Below, piece after piece: positions 58,001 through 60,499 of a stretch of 60,499 bases of DNA. Numbering within the stretch: position 1 is the stretch's first letter; each line of letters opens with the position of its first letter. Source of the stretch: a virus (lineage: Duplodnaviria; Caudoviricetes); the IMG/VR virus record IMGVR_UViG_3300048833_000767, positions 1 through 60,499 of that record; one strand, written 5' to 3'. Both the position numbers and the translations under genes were made by a program. The notes beneath the pieces were generated by a model. The model was not told the origin of the DNA, did no database searches, and saw only the letters and a list, made by a program, of their open reading frames with translations.

Positions 58001-59955
58001 AAAGTGAGTGGTATATCCCTTTCTTCCGTGAATCTGATGACGGTGATGTGATCGCCCCCTTCAAGCCGAGGGGCGTTGCCAACCAGAACGCCGGCATTAA
58101 GAAGCTCAAAGGGGGAGAGGCCAACACCAACGACCTGCTCGAGAACATCTTTACCAGCACCAGCAAGCTGATCGACGCCTCCATGAAGAACATGGCGGCC
58201 CAAAAGACGGTCTGGAATTTGGCAGAAACCGGCATCATCGAGGTAGTCGCCAAGCCCAACATGATGGACTGGCGTGCCCTCAAGAACGGGAAGGACCTGA
58301 TCACCGTGAAGATGGAGGGGGAGGACTACATGATCCGGGTTGAGGATCCCGACCTTTATCGTGCCATGACCTTCTTTGATCGCAAGCCTTTCGGCGCCAT
58401 GGTCAACGTGGCTGCCAAGGGGAAGCGCCTGCTGACGGCCGGGGTCACAGCATCACCCGAGTTCATGCTCCGCAACTTCTTGCGCGACTCCCTCTCCAGT
58501 TGGGCAATCAGCAAGGATGGTTTCAAGCCGGTCATCGGCTCGATCCGTGGGGTTAAGAAGACCTTGACGATGGATGGCAGCACCATTGATGTGATGTTCA
58601 GTGGAGCCAGCTTCCTGGGTGGCTACGTCAATGGCAATGACCCGGGGGCTATGGCTGATACCGTGCGCAAGTCGCTGCGCCGCAAGGGGATGACACCGGA
58701 GCAGATTGCTCGTTATGAGAAGTCCATCATCCGCAATGCGGCACATGCCAAGGGCGTTGTGGCTGACGTGTGGGAGAAGTACAGCAGGCTTGGAGAGACG
58801 GTGGAGAATGGCAACCGTGAGGCGGTGTATGATGCAGCCATCAAGGCAGGCAAGAGCCACGCTCAGGCAGCCTTTGAGTCGAAGGACCTGATGGACTTCT
58901 CCATGTTGGGGGCGGCTCGCACCATCCAAGGGGCAGCTATGGTGCTGCCGTTCTTCAATGCCCGTATTCAGGGCTTGGGCAAGCTTACGCGCGAGCTACG
59001 CGACAACCCGCGGGAAATAGCGAAGCGCGCTGGCATGATCACCGCAATGTCGCTCGGGTTGCTGGCGGCCAACTGGGATGATGAGCGCTATGAGGAGCTG
59101 CCAGATTGGGACAAAGATGCCAACTGGCATTTCTTTGTCGGCGAGCAGCACTGGCGGATCCCCAAGCCGTTCGAGATCGGGGTGATGTTCGGCACCATTC
59201 CTGAGCGCATGGTGCGCGCCTTGGGCGACAAGGATACTGGAGCCCAGTTCGGTAAGGCTGTGGCGCGCGCGATTGGCGATACCTTCGCCCTTAACCCGAC
59301 CCCTCAGATCGTCAAGCCGATGGTGGAGGCTGCTTTCAACTACGACAGTTTCCGAGGTGGTCCTATCGACAGCCCACAGGATCTGGCCGTGCGTGCCGAG
59401 GCGCGTTACAACGAACAGACCAGCCTGCTGATGCGGGAGCTAGGCGAGATGTCTGGCTTATCACCAAAGCAATTGGAACACCTGGTGATCGGCTATACCG
59501 GCACCATGGGCAGCTATGTAATGGCGGCGGCCGATGGCCTGATACGAGCCAGCACCCCAGGGGAGTCAGCCAGCTGGCGCGCCGATGAGATCCCTCTGGT
59601 TAAAGCCGTGTATCGTGGCACCGGGCCGGCCAAGTCCACCCAGCATATGGAAGAGTTTTACCGGATGCTGAACGAGGTGAACCAGCTCAAGCGTACTGTT
59701 GACCAGTACCGTAGCGAGGGACTGACCGACAGGGCGAACGAGCTGTTGGAGGAGCAGGGCGGGATCTTGAAGTCACGGCGCAGCCTGAGCCGCACTCAGC
59801 AGCAGGTCAGGGTGGTGCGTAACAAGATTGAGCTGATCCAGCGCGACAAGACCATGGCAGCGGAAGAGAAGCGCCGCCGTATCGATGAGCTGTTGGCTCG
59901 TCGCAACGATCTGGTATATCAGGCGGTCAACAGCAACATGTCAAACTGGGAATAG
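52057..59955 (+). CDS. giant polyvalent internal virion protein (InPase-like, LPD5/LPD1, metallopeptidase-like, LPD38 domains)
   Basis: GNYKKGH..ENPKGS..DYGYI..GADGDHVDVF; DFGEKIGGARKD; HEWWHALD; RHEVLAHYG; RIPKPFEIG. Confidence 0.85.
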   Translation: MDKPGLRDALPQPQQSDTRNDQFWGDLDSNLSAVSSTSPLSKAAPARNLDVGLGDLARGVGAGALDLVGGIGELAGQASEFGRENAGKQGGDYLEQARANLASKLSPVLDFVAGAGDLAKSGAESLTEGMSSDAKEAMNRRLVDETPEGRLIMGDGAGDIDVWAMKMAQGVGSLVPTLLAGGVTGVAAKATLGRAVTASMIKRGATQEVAEAVAAKAVSKLATGAAVTTGATGSVGSAGVNAKESVLGMSYDELAASDTFRQAFSRIDQDQQTLHLTDDEKLALAREETANVASRATMSDAKTWGAAAMGSMMGDAMLFKMLAGKVATGGVLKGAAKGAVGEGIGETLEEGVQQYTINESLNEVAAADIDPMKGVVSSALEGGLIGMGTGGALGGVGGMRGSKSQAESERGAQVDPATVEDVVPVEQGDPVQANPATAPAEPDLAPAADAMAEPVVAPSGEQSPLGPSASQFDELRDVPAYLRRDDTAERYKGMAADSEVQRALAGEFGQSVQELVASQMQAGDQGKSLYERAQAGELGVDPFAGNKSAQQVAMENHRPALPLKDVIFAGDANASREVSQEGHFDDKQAGTGPQYRGAERTRWQSGQEGDVLPPETSATKPAGELQGAVIEGEAREVGTELPHRDVVYGADQRQPDAKPMRGSATESSVGSLQTLRITRKGKPFATEKEAAMASRNGKEMPVPLNGGGFGVAEVAEVEQVQAASNPNAINGPQATNKIQAEVSNEPVTPVPAIGSERQGDQPGAGEPVAAGNGPAIAELADRTGPGDLADNTPAPPVPDGQQQDDQTLTAPATDAGAAVSEVAQPEPVRQIEVARAEVAPEPTDAQKEAGNYKKGHLKLLGLDIALENPKGSTRSGKDKDGKAWQSTMAHDYGYIKRTLGADGDHVDVFIGDQPDSETVYVVDQVDPKTGKFDEHKVMMGFADEQAALDGYLANYEKGWKGLGSIKAMPVEEFKGWVKEGNTTKPIAAGNTALSSKIADFGEKIGGARKDTWTAYRNTVEGETTEQIRALPLSKAWPAPAYDRLIESGVDRHAVAIARAARDAIPAKPRASYKVGNWAQAVKSLRDLSLGLMDGTIDTDTAKRELSSASLRSAHAIHSRAELYLAVGHQRSLADLELNLGSYSLYEGVKYDPPRGIWTISRESKSGAFGGWPRVIASGSSKAEVIAEFKRRYDQLTQEGSKPKAISFAIYSRRHGQGWLVGKKVGRNHLDLTEAFESASDARKYRDEHYDELVSKLEKAKEIPHERRDINQPRVGEDMRGGADVTPELFGQAFGFRGVEFGNWVEQGRRQRDLNHAYDALMDMAAVLGISPKALSLNGELGLAFGARGSGGVNPAAAHYEHGKVVINLTKMNGAGSLGHEWWHALDAYFARTRGQAGDMMTEALDVSLAARDSRFSHRGAVRKEMIEAFGAVNRAIKQTALKERSRKLDEKRSKAYWTTARELSARAFESYLIAKLQDQNASNDYLANIVSEASWDAEAALGMQLDGSYPYPTAGEIPAIRTGFDQFFDTIEEREEGERQILFSKQAMAQGEKPVKHLTRKEAELVTKEWFKQYRGAAGIDVQIHATQAELEGALGLNAKEGLIRRAAFDDDTGSLHVAADTISDPKRMREILRHEVLAHYGLANVLGDGEYTKLMSRLIQSKKDPSMKEVWDWVDTHYADEDIGTKAEEVVAHLAELEQSAWRCGWDSVVAWVTRALRAVGFVPEGITAAETRTLVEVLGKKMKRRGPDDSGPDGGKKFSQEEQSANKGGVKMSQTSTAADKAMEKLNLGPKPDIIDKTKANLDKLREVDRGVVKSWVDRLIKKANTEVLDALAPIKYAEEAAGITDAADSGYVAARMATGAASTMQATMLYGLPEWKDGVIQRKAGTGEKDALLGIFSDLGSDLHNWLGWMAGHRAEILLAQGRENLLDANDIAALKAQGKGKEAKFMEAKARWNRLNAATLDLAQEAGLFTLEARAEFESEWYIPFFRESDDGDVIAPFKPRGVANQNAGIKKLKGGEANTNDLLENIFTSTSKLIDASMKNMAAQKTVWNLAETGIIEVVAKPNMMDWRALKNGKDLITVKMEGEDYMIRVEDPDLYRAMTFFDRKPFGAMVNVAAKGKRLLTAGVTASPEFMLRNFLRDSLSSWAISKDGFKPVIGSIRGVKKTLTMDGSTIDVMFSGASFLGGYVNGNDPGAMADTVRKSLRRKGMTPEQIARYEKSIIRNAAHAKGVVADVWEKYSRLGETVENGNREAVYDAAIKAGKSHAQAAFESKDLMDFSMLGAARTIQGAAMVLPFFNARIQGLGKLTRELRDNPREIAKRAGMITAMSLGLLAANWDDERYEELPDWDKDANWHFFVGEQHWRIPKPFEIGVMFGTIPERMVRALGDKDTGAQFGKAVARAIGDTFALNPTPQIVKPMVEAAFNYDSFRGGPIDSPQDLAVRAEARYNEQTSLLMRELGEMSGLSPKQLEHLVIGYTGTMGSYVMAAADGLIRASTPGESASWRADEIPLVKAVYRGTGPAKSTQHMEEFYRMLNEVNQLKRTVDQYRSEGLTDRANELLEEQGGILKSRRSLSRTQQQVRVVRNKIELIQRDKTMAAEEKRRRIDELLARRNDLVYQAVNSNMSNWE
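54287..54481 (+). CDS. nested out-of-frame 64-aa gene candidate
   Basis: GAGGTG-AGCA-ATG start; followed by hairpin 54482-54508. Confidence 0.5.
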   Translation: MSQLPQYLQSAVNDKAISLVQANQLQQAMDQPLPNSPTELDPEIWQITLLLHLYLMDSSKMTKH

Positions 59956-60016
59956 CGGCCCTGGCGAGGCCTCATCGACGGGGGTAGAATGAGGCCTTTT
60001 TAGGGAGGTTTTGACC

Positions 60017-60220
60017 ATGTGGCTGTTACTTGCAATAGGGTGCATGGTGCTGGCACTGAAGGCGTTCAGTTTCAGCTTCACACTGGCATTGCTCCCCGCG
60101 GCGATCGGGTGTTGGTGTTTCAGCAAATCTGACAGAGATAGTCTGGAGAACTTCATGGCTTTCGCATTCATCATCGGTCTGATTGGCTTTGCCCTGAATA
60201 TCCTCGTTAGCATCTGGTGA
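60017..60220 (+). CDS. small membrane protein
   Basis: GGAGG RBS, hydrophobic. Confidence 0.7.
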   Translation: MWLLLAIGCMVLALKAFSFSFTLALLPAAIGCWCFSKSDRDSLENFMAFAFIIGLIGFALNILVSIW

Positions 60221-60321
60221 TCCTGGGTTCGGCGTCATGACATGTCATTTTGATTAGAAGGGGCTTCGGCCCCATTTTTAATATCCAAATCAGTCCGAAA
60301 ATGTTAGATTCATGCGATGCA

Positions 60322-60337
60322 CTGTATGTGCATACAG
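60322..60337. promoter_or_regulatory. LexA (SOS) box
   Basis: CTGTATGTGCATACAG. Confidence 0.85.
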
Positions 60338-60379
60338 TATTTCACAGTCGAGAGACTGGGAGAGCAAGAGGGAAACCGG

Positions 60380-60499
60380 ATGGAATCAGCATTGACCGAA
60401 CTGGAAGAGTTTGTAGAAAAGTTGGATTTGACGCATCAGGAGGAGTTTGAGATCGTGCGCATTCTTGAGAAACTTCGCGAAGAAGCCGCCGCGTCATGA
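60380..60499 (+). CDS. 39-aa acidic SOS-regulated peptide
   Basis: GAGGG RBS, ATG 60380, downstream of LexA box. Confidence 0.6.
   Translation: MESALTELEEFVEKLDLTHQEEFEIVRILEKLREEAAAS

Larger units (their letters stand above)
1..60499. mobile_element. temperate podovirus-like prophage with lambdoid early region
   Basis: complete ordered modules from integrase to virion genes; no sheath or tape measure gene seen. Confidence 0.95.

Noticed and set aside
1-60499. attL/attR pair, tRNA genes, IS elements, invertible tail cassette
   Set aside because: None recognised by eye; the window is cut at gene ends so att is probably outside; no transposase or invertase ORF.

Overview
The window is a near-complete temperate phage (prophage) genome of a gammaproteobacterium; Aeromonas is my inference from composition and protein style. 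It runs from the integrase stop codon to the last gene, and no att pair is visible. Left arm (minus strand): integrase, excisionase, small early genes, RdgC, an N6-adenine methylase, RecT/RecE. Then a lambdoid switch (CI with a dead protease domain, Cro), O/P-type replication, and an AT-rich antisense defence island (DUF262+HEPN pair, EVE-HNH nuclease, membrane proteins). Next come nin-like genes, an antirepressor and Q, and a second accessory block (LexA-boxed umuDC, a theta-like gene, a colicin-immunity-like gene, and a PAAR-effector-immunity T6SS cassette). The right arm holds lysis genes and podovirus-type virion genes with an N4-gp56-type capsid, ending in a 2632-aa polyvalent protein. 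Top observations: (1) a phage-borne PAAR cassette whose effector has a caspase-like His/Cys dyad; (2) four identically built late promoter+terminator units; (3) a shared AGGACC-N-ACC translation-start motif with an ATG-less cluster; (4) a nested gene plus hairpin inside the giant ORF; (5) a RecA N-terminal helix look-alike near rdgC; (6) a LexA-boxed 39-aa peptide that may induce the uncleavable CI. All family calls come from motif recognition by eye, not database searches.
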